Source: an uncultured delta proteobacterium (GTDB lineage: Bacteria > Desulfobacterota > Desulfobacteria > Desulfobacterales > SpSt-501). Taken from it: DNA of 64,000 bases. Where the stretch lies: positions 70,601 to 134,600 of the forward strand of contig CAVQUW010000025.1 in the NCBI GenBank assembly GCA_963716785.1. Direction: 5' to 3'. Below the pieces are notes generated by a model. It ran no database searches, was not told the origin of the DNA, and saw nothing but the letters and a program-made list of their open reading frames with translations. The position numbers were made by a program, and so were the translations under genes. Positions 17,060 through 26,512 of the stretch are shown one piece after another (position 1 is the first letter of the stretch; each line of letters starts with the position of its first letter).

Positions 17060-18799
17060 ATGATCAATCTTCTGAGCCGCATGATCTGGGGCGTCGGGGA
17101 GGACATGCGCGGTGTTTGCACGCGGCCCTTCCTGATCGGAAAATCCGGGGACGTGGTGTACAAGGCCTTGAAGAAGCGGCTGGTCAGCGGCGCGATCCTG
17201 CTCGGAACGGTGGTGTACTTAGGCAACAAGGCCTTCGACCTGGATTTCAAGGGGCTCACCATCGCCCTGCTGACCTTGGGGGCGGCGGCCGCCGGTTTCA
17301 CGGCCCAGAAATGGGGCCGATATGTCCTCAACCGCAGCCTGAAATTTGCCGAGTCCCACGGCGCTAACCTGCTCGAGCAGATGAAGCAGAAGCGCTTCGA
17401 GCAGCGCTACCTGCCGGAGCTCTACGCGAGGGTCTACCGGCCTGAGGCGGAGGTGCTCTATCCCGCGCCGCAGCTCTCCGCGGCGGCCGAGCGCCACGAG
17501 ACTTTCTTGCGGGAGATGGTCGGCGAGCGTCTGAGGCGATACTCCGCCGACGAGGGCGTCCGCGCGCTGCTCGACCGGCACCCGGAGCGGCTCGGCAGCA
17601 TGGCCGTGCCGGGGCTTTCCGTGGCTGCCGCGCCCGGCATCGACCCGCGTTTTTTCGCCGGACCCGGGCGCGTGCGCGCCCTGATGCTGAGCGGCGCCGA
17701 GCTCGACCTGGGGGAGTATGTCGTGCGCCGCCGGGAAGTCTTGATGTCGGGGGCCGGTTTTGCGGCCGGGATCAAGTACATTCTCGCGCGCAGCGACCGG
17801 CAGCGTTACGAGCGCACCGACGCCGGCCTCGATCTGTTCTTTCTCGAAGACTACCTGGACGGGGCCCCCTTTCACCCGGGCAACACCGCCGTCATCGAGC
17901 AGGGGGCCCATGCGCTCATGCAGGAGATCGATGCGGCGGTCGGCAAACGCCCCCTGCCGGAGCGGTTGGACCGCAGCATCCAGCGGTTTTTGCAGAAGCG
18001 CTGGCACGCCACCATCACCACCTCGGTCCAGGCCAGCATCGGCAGTTTGTTACACGACCTGGTGAAGACGACCGGCGCGGAATCCCTGGCGGTCGAAGAC
18101 GTGCTCTGGCAGGACGAGGCCTCCCGCGGTCTGCTTCAGGAGAACCTGGCGGCCGAGTTCGCCCACGCGTCCGACCCCGAAGCCGCGGCCCGCGGGGTCG
18201 TGGCGGAGCTCGAGGCGGGCGGCCGCCGGATCCTGATGAAAATCTTCCACGAGACCCGCGAAAAGGGCGCGCGGGTGATCCGGCGCCAATACGGGTTCAG
18301 CGTCCAGGATTCGGTCATGCGGCGCCTGCGCTACGACCCGGAGTACGCCCTGGGCGAGCTTGAGCCGCGGCCCCTGGATGATCTGCACCGGGTCGGTGCC
18401 CCCCGGCGGGTGACGGGCCGGGCCGAAGCACTGATCGCTGCCGCGCGGGAGCTCATGGCCGGTTTCCCCGAAAGCCTGCCGGAGACGGGCTGGGCGGACT
18501 GGTGGTCGGCCTGCACGCCCGAGACCCGGCGCGCCTTGCGGGTCGCCTGTCTGATCGACCACGCGGGCTTCCGGCAGGCGTTCCGCCGCGGCCGGGCCCT
18601 CGCGCAGGCCCGGGCCATCGCCGAGCGGTTTACGGCCGAGGTTTCCCGCAATTTAAGGCGTCTGAGGCTTCACCACCAACTGGCCCTGTTTGAGTTTATC
18701 GACACCGTGGCGTTGCTCGACGAATTGGTGTACAAGAAAAGCGACTCCTTGGGTCACCCGGAAACGGATCTTTCACCACAGAGGCCTCAGAGGCCATAG
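17060..18799 (+). CDS. hypothetical protein, 579 aa, N-terminal membrane segments, no recognised domain
   Basis: ATG 17060 follows a GAGGAGGG RBS. The frame is long and uninterrupted with coding-like composition. It ends 10 nt before the MBL gene. Confidence 0.6.
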   Translation: MINLLSRMIWGVGEDMRGVCTRPFLIGKSGDVVYKALKKRLVSGAILLGTVVYLGNKAFDLDFKGLTIALLTLGAAAAGFTAQKWGRYVLNRSLKFAESHGANLLEQMKQKRFEQRYLPELYARVYRPEAEVLYPAPQLSAAAERHETFLREMVGERLRRYSADEGVRALLDRHPERLGSMAVPGLSVAAAPGIDPRFFAGPGRVRALMLSGAELDLGEYVVRRREVLMSGAGFAAGIKYILARSDRQRYERTDAGLDLFFLEDYLDGAPFHPGNTAVIEQGAHALMQEIDAAVGKRPLPERLDRSIQRFLQKRWHATITTSVQASIGSLLHDLVKTTGAESLAVEDVLWQDEASRGLLQENLAAEFAHASDPEAAARGVVAELEAGGRRILMKIFHETREKGARVIRRQYGFSVQDSVMRRLRYDPEYALGELEPRPLDDLHRVGAPRRVTGRAEALIAAARELMAGFPESLPETGWADWWSACTPETRRALRVACLIDHAGFRQAFRRGRALAQARAIAERFTAEVSRNLRRLRLHHQLALFEFIDTVALLDELVYKKSDSLGHPETDLSPQRPQRP

Positions 18800-18808
18800 A
18801 GAAAGAAG

Positions 18809-20398
18809 GTGGAACCAATGAACATCACTTTCTACGGGGCGGTACGGGAAGTCACCGGGTCCATGCACCTGATCACCACCGACAACGATCGCATACTGCT
18901 CGACTGCGGGCTTTTCCAGGGCCGGCGCCGGGAAACCGCCGAGAAAAACAAGGTGCTGCCCTTCGACTCCGGCATCCTCACCAACGTCGTGCTCTCCCAT
19001 GCCCACATCGACCATTCCGGCCGGATCCCGCTGCTGACCAAAAACGGCTTTGCCGGCCGCATCGTCTGCACCCGGGCCACCCATTCGGCCTGCGAGTACC
19101 TGCTGCCGGACTCGGCCAGCATCCAGGAATCCGACGCGAGCTACCTGAACTACAAGACCGTGCGCAACGCGCTCACCCAAAAAGGGGGCCACGGGAGGGG
19201 CAAGGGCGGCAGCGCCGCGGACCTGGACGAGATCAAGAAGGTGCTCAAGAAGGGCCGCCACGAGCTCAACCAGGAGGCCATCAGCGAGGCGATCGCCTCC
19301 CTGCGGCTGGAGGAGGTTCAGCCGCTTTACTCCATGGAGGATGCGAAGACGGCCCTCTCCCATTTCGACGGCACCCCTTATCGGCACACGGTCGCCATCG
19401 GTCAGGGCGTGAGCTGCACCTTCTACGATGCCGGGCACATCCTGGGCTCGGCCATCAGCATGATCACCGCGAGCGAAAACGGCCGCACCTTCAGGGTCTG
19501 CTACTCGGGCGACATCGGCCGTTTCGACAAGCCGATCCTCAAGGACCCGACGCTGGCCTTCGCCGAGGAGGACCGCGACGTGGACCTGATGCTCATGGAG
19601 AGCACCTACGGCGACCGCCGGCACGAGCCGGTGCGCGACCTCAAGGAGCCGCTGAAGCGCGTGATCGTCGAGACGCTTGCCCGCGGCGGCACGGTGCTGA
19701 TCCCGGCCTTCGCCTTCGGCCGCACCCAGACCCTGCTCTACGTGCTCCACGAGCTTTACAACGCAAAGGAGATCCCACGGGTGCCGGTCTACGTCGACAG
19801 CCCGCTCGCCACCAATCTCACCAAGGCCTTCGCCGAGCACCCGGAGGTCTACGACAAGGACACCCACGCCACCTTTCTGAGCAAGGGCGAGAACCCCTTC
19901 GTCTTCGATCAGATGCACTTCGTCAAGTCGGTGGCGGAGTCCATGGCCTTGAACCGCCAGGACAAGCCCCAGATCATCATTGCCGCCTCGGGGATGTGCG
20001 AGGCGGGGCGCATCCTCCACCATCTGCGTTTCAAGATCCACAACGAGAAGAACACGATCCTGCTGGTGGGCTACATGGCCAGAAACACCCTGGGCCGGCG
20101 CATCGAGGAGCAGGGGCTGGCCTACGAGCAGTCCGGCCGCAAAGGCGAGCCGCCGGTCATGAAGTTTTACAACAAGGAGTATCCCCTCAAGGCCCGCGTG
20201 GTCAAAATCGGCGGCTTCAGCGCCCACGCGGACCAGGGCGAGATGCTGCGCTTCCTCAAGCAAAGCAACCTGAGGGTCAAGAAAATCGCCCTGGTGCACG
20301 GCGAGGAGGACCAGGCGCTGCCCTTCGCCGAGGCGCTGACCCGCGAGGGCTTCCGGGTCACGGTCCCCCGCAAGGGCGAGACCCTGCGGCTGAAGTAG
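18809..20398 (+). CDS. MBL-fold / beta-CASP RNA-metabolising hydrolase
   Basis: 529 aa. LSHAHIDHSGRIP is the HxHxDH motif. Length and C-terminal domain are typical of beta-CASP ribonucleases. Confidence 0.85.
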   Translation: MEPMNITFYGAVREVTGSMHLITTDNDRILLDCGLFQGRRRETAEKNKVLPFDSGILTNVVLSHAHIDHSGRIPLLTKNGFAGRIVCTRATHSACEYLLPDSASIQESDASYLNYKTVRNALTQKGGHGRGKGGSAADLDEIKKVLKKGRHELNQEAISEAIASLRLEEVQPLYSMEDAKTALSHFDGTPYRHTVAIGQGVSCTFYDAGHILGSAISMITASENGRTFRVCYSGDIGRFDKPILKDPTLAFAEEDRDVDLMLMESTYGDRRHEPVRDLKEPLKRVIVETLARGGTVLIPAFAFGRTQTLLYVLHELYNAKEIPRVPVYVDSPLATNLTKAFAEHPEVYDKDTHATFLSKGENPFVFDQMHFVKSVAESMALNRQDKPQIIIAASGMCEAGRILHHLRFKIHNEKNTILLVGYMARNTLGRRIEEQGLAYEQSGRKGEPPVMKFYNKEYPLKARVVKIGGFSAHADQGEMLRFLKQSNLRVKKIALVHGEEDQALPFAEALTREGFRVTVPRKGETLRLK

Positions 20399-20472
20399 CC
20401 GCGGCTTCCGCACCCGACAGGCGGGCCCGCCTCAAGACCGCGCCGCGGCCCGCCAAAGACAAGGAGCACCGC

Positions 20473-21766
20473 GTGGGAGAGCGGCAAAGACTCCACCTCG
20501 CCTGGGTGATTCTCGGGATCTGCTTCGTCAACCTGTTCATCAACTACTCGGTGCGCCTGGGGTTCGGTGTGGTGTTGCCGGAGATGATCCGCACGATGGG
20601 GCTGAGCCGCACCGCGGCCGGCTCCATCTACAACGCCTACCTGTTCACCTACATCGCGGTCTCGCCGCTGACCGGCTATCTGACCGACCGCATGGGCGCC
20701 CGGCGCGTGATCAGCTTTTGCCTGATGCTGGTCGGCGCCGGCTCCATCCTGCTGGGCACCGCCGGGAACCTGTGGGCGGCCTGCGTGTTTTTCGGTCTTG
20801 CGGGTCTGGGGTCGACCGGTGTCTGGGTGCCGATCACGACACTGATCCAGCGCTGGTTCGCCTTCCGGCGCCGGGGCCTCGCGCTGGGGATCCTTTCCAC
20901 GGGGTACGGTCTGGGGTTTGCGGTGGTGGGGGCGGGCTTCCCCTGGGTGGTGACCCATCTGGACTGGCGCTGTGCGTGGTACATCCTCGGGGCGATGGCG
21001 CTCGTGATGACGGTGCCCAACGCGTTGTTCCTGAGAAGCGACCCGTCAGACCGCGGACTCAGTCCCTGGGGCCAGGGGCGTGAGACGTTCACCCCCGTGC
21101 CGGCCGGCGCGGCGAGGGTCCCGTTGAGGAGAGATCCTGCGGGAGCGCAACTTCTGGGCGGTCGGCGCCTCGTACTTCGCGGTGGCCTACGGTCTCTACG
21201 GCATCACGACCTTCATGGTGGACTACGCCGCGCACCAGCTCGGCATCCCCCTGGAAAAGGCCAGCCAGCTCGCCTCCATCCACGGGCTGTTTCAGGTCGT
21301 CGGCGTGCTGACCGTGCTGCCGGTGTCCGACGCCGTGGGGCGCCGACCGGCGATTATCGTTTCCAACGCGCTGATTGCCGTCCTGCTGGCGGCAATTCTG
21401 TTCGCGGGCGGCTCCTGGTGGCTGCTGTGTGTCCTGGTGGCGGGTCTGGCGGTCTGCTACGGGGCCACCTTCCCGATCTACGCGGCCTGTGCCGGGGACT
21501 ATTTCCCGCGGGAGGCGATCGGCACCGTCGCCGGCGCCTGGACCCCGTTCTACGGGCTCGGAGCGATCCTGACCCATTGGATCACGGGCTGGTTGCGGGA
21601 TGCGGGGGGCACCTATGACGTCGGGCTCGGCATCTGCGCGGTCATGGCCGCCGTGTCGGTCCTTCTGATGGTCATGGTCCGGCGGCCGGGCAGCCGGGTG
21701 CGACCTAATTGCCCCTCGAGCGGATCTCGTGGAGGAAATCGTCGTAGCGGCGGATCTCCGGCCTGA
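20473..21766 (+). pseudogene. MFS transporter (oxalate/formate antiporter-like); 1-nt frame break at 21127-21135
   Basis: GTG 20473 follows an AAGGAG RBS. TM1-6 lie in one frame (..LFLRSDPSDRGLSPWG..). TM7-12 lie in ORF 21182..21766 (EILRERNFWAVGASYFAVAYGLYGITTF...). Confidence 0.8.
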
Positions 21767-22394
21767 GTTTCAGGGCCTCCTTGGCATCGCTCATGGCGCG
21801 CTCCGCATCCCGCTTGTCCAGCCAGCATCGGCCCCTGCCGTAGTAGGCATCGTCGAGCTTCGAGTCCATGGCGATCGCCCGGCTGAAATCCCGGATCGCT
21901 TCGTCGTAACCGGCCGAGTGGTAATAGGCCCAGCCGCGATTGGTGGTGACGTACTTGGCGTTGACGTGGTCGGGAAGCAGCGCCAGCGCCACCGAATAGT
22001 CCCGGACGGCGTTGTCGAACTGGCGGTTGCCCTGAAATGCGTCCCCGCGCATTTCCAACACCAGAAATTTCATCTCCCGGTCGCCTTCCGGGGTCAGCTC
22101 GAGCGCCTTGGTCAGGTCGTACAGAGCCCGCTCATATTGCCGGTCCCTGAGATAGGCCCTGCCCCTGCCGTAGTAGACCTTGTGGTTCTCCCGGCCCTGG
22201 GGCGCAAGCTCGAGCACTTTGGAGAAGCTGTCGACCGAGCGGTCGTACTCCATTCTTTCATAAAACAGCAGCCCCTGCTCGTAGTACTCGTCGGCATACT
22301 TGTTGTAGCCGCTTGAGCAGGAGAGCACCCAGGCCGTCGTCAACAGCAGTGCGATCGTCAGTAAGAAAGGAAAATCGCGTTTGTTCATGATCAA
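21705..22394 (-). CDS. TPR-repeat lipoprotein
   Basis: 229 aa with lipobox LSC (..TTAWVLSCSS) followed by several TPR units. Confidence 0.8.
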   Translation of the reverse strand: MIMNKRDFPFLLTIALLLTTAWVLSCSSGYNKYADEYYEQGLLFYERMEYDRSVDSFSKVLELAPQGRENHKVYYGRGRAYLRDRQYERALYDLTKALELTPEGDREMKFLVLEMRGDAFQGNRQFDNAVRDYSVALALLPDHVNAKYVTTNRGWAYYHSAGYDEAIRDFSRAIAMDSKLDDAYYGRGRCWLDKRDAERAMSDAKEALKLRPEIRRYDDFLHEIRSRGN

Positions 22395-22442
22395 GCCTCC
22401 TTTGGCGCGGCGACCTGCATGCGGTGGGCCGGGTGCCGCCGG

Positions 22443-22562
22443 TTGAACCGCAACAGCGCGCGCATACCCCGCCGCTTGCGGCGGGGTATGCGCGCGAATC
22501 CAAAAACGACCCCAATCCTTACGGTCGAAGATTTCCCGCAGCTTGCTGCGGGGAGATTCAAT
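22443..22562 (+). repeat. 120-nt dual-hairpin intergenic element, family B, intact copy
   Basis: A 19-bp perfect hairpin (CGCGCGCATACCCCGCCGC-tt-GCGGCGGGGTATGCGCGCG), a central CGACC..GGTCG stem, and a second hairpin (TCCCGCAG-cttg-CTGCGGGG). Ungapped, it is 109/120 identical to 47552-47671. Confidence 0.8.
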
Positions 22563-22871
22563 CCAAGTGCGAGGGCCTGAGCGTGTGGAGAAGAACTGCC
22601 TGGGGTGCGGTGGGATCGCGGGTGTCGGATCTCATCCGCACCGCCTGGAGGGTAATACAGTCGAAATCGGGATGTCAAGCCCGTCGGTCGACCCACGGCC
22701 TCCTCGGCGGCAGGGAGACACCGCTTGACCGCGGGCGCGTCTGAAGCTATGTCGGATCGTGAAGGCGGGGTAGAGGCCGCCGAGGATTTGATGCGGCCGC
22801 CGGTGCGGGTCCCCACCGCTCGGCCCCGGGCCGACGCCGCCGCTGAGGCGGGAGAAGGGTTGGTTTCAAGC

Positions 22872-23297
22872 ATGCTGACGATCACCGGCGGGTTGAGCAT
22901 CGCGGAGAGTGAAATCGAGGAGAGCTTCGTGCGCGGCTCCGGTCCCGGCGGGCAGAACGTGAACAAGGTGGCCACCGCGGTCCAGCTGCGCTTCGATGTG
23001 CGGCACTCCCCGTCCCTGCCTCCCGAAGTGCGCGAGCGGCTGGTGCGTCTGGCCGGCAGCCGCATGACCACGGACGGGGTCCTGATCATCGAAGCCCGCC
23101 GGTTCCGGACCCAGGAGCGCAACCGCCAGGATGCCCGCGAGCGCCTGATCGCCCTCATCCTCAAGGCCACCGAGAAACCGAAGCCCCGGCGTCCCACCCG
23201 GCTGCCGGCCGGCGTCAAGCGCCGCCGGCTGGAAGGCAAGCGCCGGCGCGGGAGCCTCAAGCGCCAGCGCCGCTCCACCCCCGACAACCAGGAGTAG
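22872..23297 (+). CDS. arfB: alternative ribosome-rescue factor ArfB (peptidyl-tRNA hydrolase, GGQ)
   Basis: 141 aa from ATG 22872 (MLTITGGLSIAESEIEESFVRGSGPGGQNVNKVATAV...) with a basic C-terminal tail. Confidence 0.85.
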   Translation: MLTITGGLSIAESEIEESFVRGSGPGGQNVNKVATAVQLRFDVRHSPSLPPEVRERLVRLAGSRMTTDGVLIIEARRFRTQERNRQDARERLIALILKATEKPKPRRPTRLPAGVKRRRLEGKRRRGSLKRQRRSTPDNQE

Positions 23298-23336
23298 CCG
23301 GGGCGGTCTCGCCATTACCCCGAGCGGAGGTCCCAG

Positions 23337-23669
23337 ATGCCCTACGACGAAGAACTCGACGCCCGGATTTCCCAGCTCGTCGCGGGCTGGGCCACGACCC
23401 GCAAGAAGATGTTCGGCGGCACCTGCCACCTGCTTCGCGGCCACATGCTCTGCGGGGTCTACCGCGACTATCTGATCCTGCGCCTTGGCGAGCGCCAGGC
23501 CGAAGAGGCACTCGCGGGGCCGGCCGTAAAGCCTTTCGACATCACCGGCCGGCCGATGAAGGGCTGGGTGATGGTGGCGGGGCCGGGTTTGAGCCGACCG
23601 GAGCTCGGCCGGTGGATCGAAAAGGCGCGTACGTTCGTGGAGACGCTGCCACCGAAAGCGGCCGTCTGA
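23337..23669 (+). CDS. TfoX N-terminal domain family protein
   Basis: 110 aa. The KKMFGGTCHLLRGHMLCGVYRDYLILRL pattern is typical of TfoX_N. Confidence 0.7.
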   Translation: MPYDEELDARISQLVAGWATTRKKMFGGTCHLLRGHMLCGVYRDYLILRLGERQAEEALAGPAVKPFDITGRPMKGWVMVAGPGLSRPELGRWIEKARTFVETLPPKAAV

Positions 23670-23750
23670 GGACCGCGCAAGGGAAAACGTTCTGGAGCGC
23701 CAAAATCCCTGGAGCCGGCGCAGCGGGTCAACCAAACCGACCGCACGCCG

Positions 23751-24611
23751 TCAGTTGAGGGTCAGGCAGACGACACCGGCGACGATGAGCCCGGCGGCTA
23801 AGGCGCGGGAGAGCCCATGACCCTCCTTGAGCAGGCCGGCGCCCAGTGCCACGGCGATCAACACGCTGACCTCCCGCAGCGGGGCGACATAGCTGACCGG
23901 TGTAAACACCATGGCCACGAGCACCAGCAGGTAGGCGAGCGGGCTGAGCAGCGCCACGGCGAAGGCCTCCCGGCGGTGCTCCCGCCACACCTGGCCGACT
24001 TCCGCCCAACGGCGCCAGGCATAAGGGCTCAGCATGACGGCGCGGGTCAGGATCGAGCCGTATTCCAGAACCAGCGGCGGGATCATCAGCACACCGACCG
24101 AGTATTTGTCCCAGACGGTGTAGCCGGCGATGAAACAGCCCGTCAGCACGCCGAACAGGAGGGATTTGCGCAGCCCCTCTTTGCTGGACGATGAGCCGCC
24201 GAGCGACAGGACGATCACCCCCGTGATCACCAGGGCGGAGCCGATCAGGGCCGGTCCGGTCGGCCGCTCCCCGAGCAGCAGGATGGCGACGATGGTGGTC
24301 AGTGTGGGGCCTGTGCCGCGCGCGAGCGGGTAGATCAGAGACAGGTCCCCCTCGCGGTAGCCGCGCAGGAGCGTCAGGAAATAGCCCACGTGAATCGCGG
24401 CGCTGCCGGCGATGAACGCAAATTCGACGATACCGACCGCCGGTCGGGCCACTACGCAGAACGCGACGGCCACCGGGGCGTACAGGACGCTGCCGAGCGT
24501 CATAACCAGCCACAGGAAGACCGGCCCGCCCCCGGCCCGCTTGGCCCAGAAGTTCCATCCGGCGTGCAGCACCGCCGCGGTGAGCACCAGAGCTGCGGCC
24601 AGGCCGGTCAT
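23751..24611 (-). CDS. DMT-superfamily (EamA-like) transporter
   Basis: 286 aa, about 10 TM segments in a duplicated EamA-like architecture. Confidence 0.8.
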   Translation of the reverse strand: MTGLAAALVLTAAVLHAGWNFWAKRAGGGPVFLWLVMTLGSVLYAPVAVAFCVVARPAVGIVEFAFIAGSAAIHVGYFLTLLRGYREGDLSLIYPLARGTGPTLTTIVAILLLGERPTGPALIGSALVITGVIVLSLGGSSSSKEGLRKSLLFGVLTGCFIAGYTVWDKYSVGVLMIPPLVLEYGSILTRAVMLSPYAWRRWAEVGQVWREHRREAFAVALLSPLAYLLVLVAMVFTPVSYVAPLREVSVLIAVALGAGLLKEGHGLSRALAAGLIVAGVVCLTLN

Positions 24612-24830
24612 GATACGGTGTCTCCTTCCCGGGTGGGGTTGGCGGGTGAGGTCCCCCCGATATCACATCAGGCCCCGGTGCGAAACAAGTTTCTACTCCG
24701 TGCCCCGCCGGTCACGGGTGGCATTGGCAAAGCGCCTCGATTTTGATAGGGGGTAATAAGGGGCCGCGCCTGCCGCGCGCCCCGGAACCGATGCATCCCG
24801 CCAGCCCATGACGCGAGGGAGGTGCGCCCC

Positions 24831-26309
24831 ATGAAAGCACTCTTGGTTTACCCGGCCTTTCCAAACACCTTTTGGAGCTTCAAATACGCGTTGAAGTTCA
24901 TCCGCAAGAAGGCCGCCTATCCCCCGCTCGGCCTGCTCACGGTCGCGGCCATGCTGCCGCCGGATTGGGACAAGCGTCTGGTGGACGTGAACGTGGAAGC
25001 CCTCACGGACGAGGACCTGGCCTGGGCCGACCTGGTCTTTATCGGCGGCATGGCCGTTCAGAGGGGCTCGGCGGCGCAGATCATCGCCCGCTGCCGGGCC
25101 CTGGGTGTGCGGATCGTCGCCGGCGGGCCGTTGTTCACCGCCGAGCCGGACGCCTTCGGGGAGGTGGACCACCTGGTGCTCGACGAGGCCGAGTCGACCC
25201 TGCCGATGTTTTTTTCGGACCTGGGCCGGGGCTGCGCCAAACGGGTCTACCGGGCCGCTGGCTTCTGCCGGCTCGAGGAGACCCCCGTTCCGGCCTGGGA
25301 CCTGGTGTCGATGAACAAATACGCCTCCATGAGCCTGCAGTTCTCCCGGGGCTGCCCGTTCAACTGCGACTTCTGCAATGTCACCGTGCTCTTCGGCCGT
25401 GGGTCGCGCATCAAGTCCGCGCAGCGCATGATCGCCGAGCTCGACAGCCTCTACGCGGCGGGCTGGCGGGGCAACATTTTTTTTGTCGACGACAATTTCA
25501 TCGGCAACAAGCGCTACCTGAAAGCCGAGCTGCTGCCGGCCCTGATCGCATGGCGCCGGGGCAAGAAGGGCTGCGTCTTCTACACCGAGGCCTCCATCAA
25601 CCTGGCCGACGACCCCGAGCTCTTGCGGCTGATGGTCGCCGCCGGTTTCGATTCGGTCTTCATCGGGATCGAATCCCCGGACGAGGCGAGCCTCGCCGAA
25701 TGCAAAAAGACCCAGAACAAGAACCGCGATCTGCTCGAAAACGTGCGGGTCATCCAGCGCGCCGGCCTCCAGGTCCAGGGCGGGTTCATCGTGGGCTTCG
25801 ACAGCGACACGGGGTCGACCTTCGAGCAGGTGATCGATTTCATCCAGCGCAGCGGGATCGTGACCGCCATGGTGGGCATCCTCCAGGCCCCCCCGGGTAC
25901 CCGCCTCTTCGAACGGCTGAGAGGCGAAAACCGGGTGATCGGGCTGATCTCCGGCGACAACGTCGATGGGACCACCAACATCATCCCCAAAATGGGGTGC
26001 CAGCGGCTGATGGAGGGCTACCAGACGGTCATGGGGACCATCTATGCGCCCAAGCACTATTACCGGCGCGTCAAGACGTTCCTCAGGGAGTTCAGCGGCC
26101 CGCAGGTCCGGTTGCCGATGAATTTCCAGCGTTTCCTCGCCTTCTTCCGCTCCTGCTTCAGGCTCGGGATCGTCGGCAAAGAACGGTTCCATTACTGGTG
26201 GCTGCTGATCTGGACCTTGACCCGCAAACCACGGCAGTTTCCGCTGGCGATCACGCTGGCCATCTACGGGCACCACTTCCGGCGGGTCTGCGAGCTGCAC
26301 CTGCGGTGA
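24831..26309 (+). CDS. B12-binding-domain radical SAM enzyme (class B, DUF4070-type C-terminus)
   Basis: ATG 24831 follows a GAGGGAGG RBS. The N-terminal cobalamin-binding fold (LLVYPAFP..PPLGLLTVAAML) is followed by the CPFNCDFC radical-SAM cluster motif. Confidence 0.85.
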   Translation: MKALLVYPAFPNTFWSFKYALKFIRKKAAYPPLGLLTVAAMLPPDWDKRLVDVNVEALTDEDLAWADLVFIGGMAVQRGSAAQIIARCRALGVRIVAGGPLFTAEPDAFGEVDHLVLDEAESTLPMFFSDLGRGCAKRVYRAAGFCRLEETPVPAWDLVSMNKYASMSLQFSRGCPFNCDFCNVTVLFGRGSRIKSAQRMIAELDSLYAAGWRGNIFFVDDNFIGNKRYLKAELLPALIAWRRGKKGCVFYTEASINLADDPELLRLMVAAGFDSVFIGIESPDEASLAECKKTQNKNRDLLENVRVIQRAGLQVQGGFIVGFDSDTGSTFEQVIDFIQRSGIVTAMVGILQAPPGTRLFERLRGENRVIGLISGDNVDGTTNIIPKMGCQRLMEGYQTVMGTIYAPKHYYRRVKTFLREFSGPQVRLPMNFQRFLAFFRSCFRLGIVGKERFHYWWLLIWTLTRKPRQFPLAITLAIYGHHFRRVCELHLR

Positions 26310-26434
26310 GTGACCGGCGGGTCCCGCCCGCCGCCCTTTAAATCCGGCCCGAGCATCCTTATATTCGCCATGCTTGGCGATTGGGGCGCCGGTTGGAGGC
26401 GATGGCCTGCCGTGAGCCTTGTTTTATTTTGCCT

Positions 26435-26495
26435 CTGAGCTAACATTCTTCAGCCTTCAACCTTTTCTTTTGCTGACAGTCATTACGAAGTCATC
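26435..26495 (+). repeat. intergenic element family A, copy b (degenerate)
   Basis: ctGAGCTAAcattCTTCAGCCTTCAACCT...cgAAGTCATCaag, ending 18 nt before the ATG at 26513. Confidence 0.5.
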
Positions 26496-26512
26496 AAGTT
26501 TGCGGGTTTCGC

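Noticed and set aside
22443-22562. Family B element as a mini-CRISPR array (two hairpin repeats about 68 nt apart), or as a DGR template/variable repeat pair with 47552-47671
   Set aside because: **CRISPR:** the two internal hairpin modules differ in length and sequence, there are only two units, and no cas genes or leader are present.

**DGR:** the 11 differences between the copies are not adenine-specific, neither copy lies in a coding region, and no reverse transcriptase is present.
22563-22871. Possible RNase P RNA, tmRNA, SRP RNA or 6S RNA in the long gap upstream of arfB
   Set aside because: The universal signature strings are absent: GAGGAAAGTCCGGGC for RNase P, a tRNA-like GGTTCGA..CCA end and tag ORF for tmRNA, and the GGAAGCAGCC-type SRP domain IV. 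6S RNA cannot be judged by eye.
22725-22871. 49-codon N-terminal extension of arfB (ORF start 22725)
   Set aside because: ArfB homologues start at the ML.I...L.I motif found at 22872. The extension has no RBS and is low-complexity Ala/Arg/Glu.
26370-26438. 22-codon ORF (MLGDWGAGWRRWPAVSLVLFCL) between the two radical SAM genes as a RiPP precursor
   Set aside because: It has no RBS, it overlaps the family A repeat, and its composition is not peptide-precursor-like. I regard it as a chance ORF.
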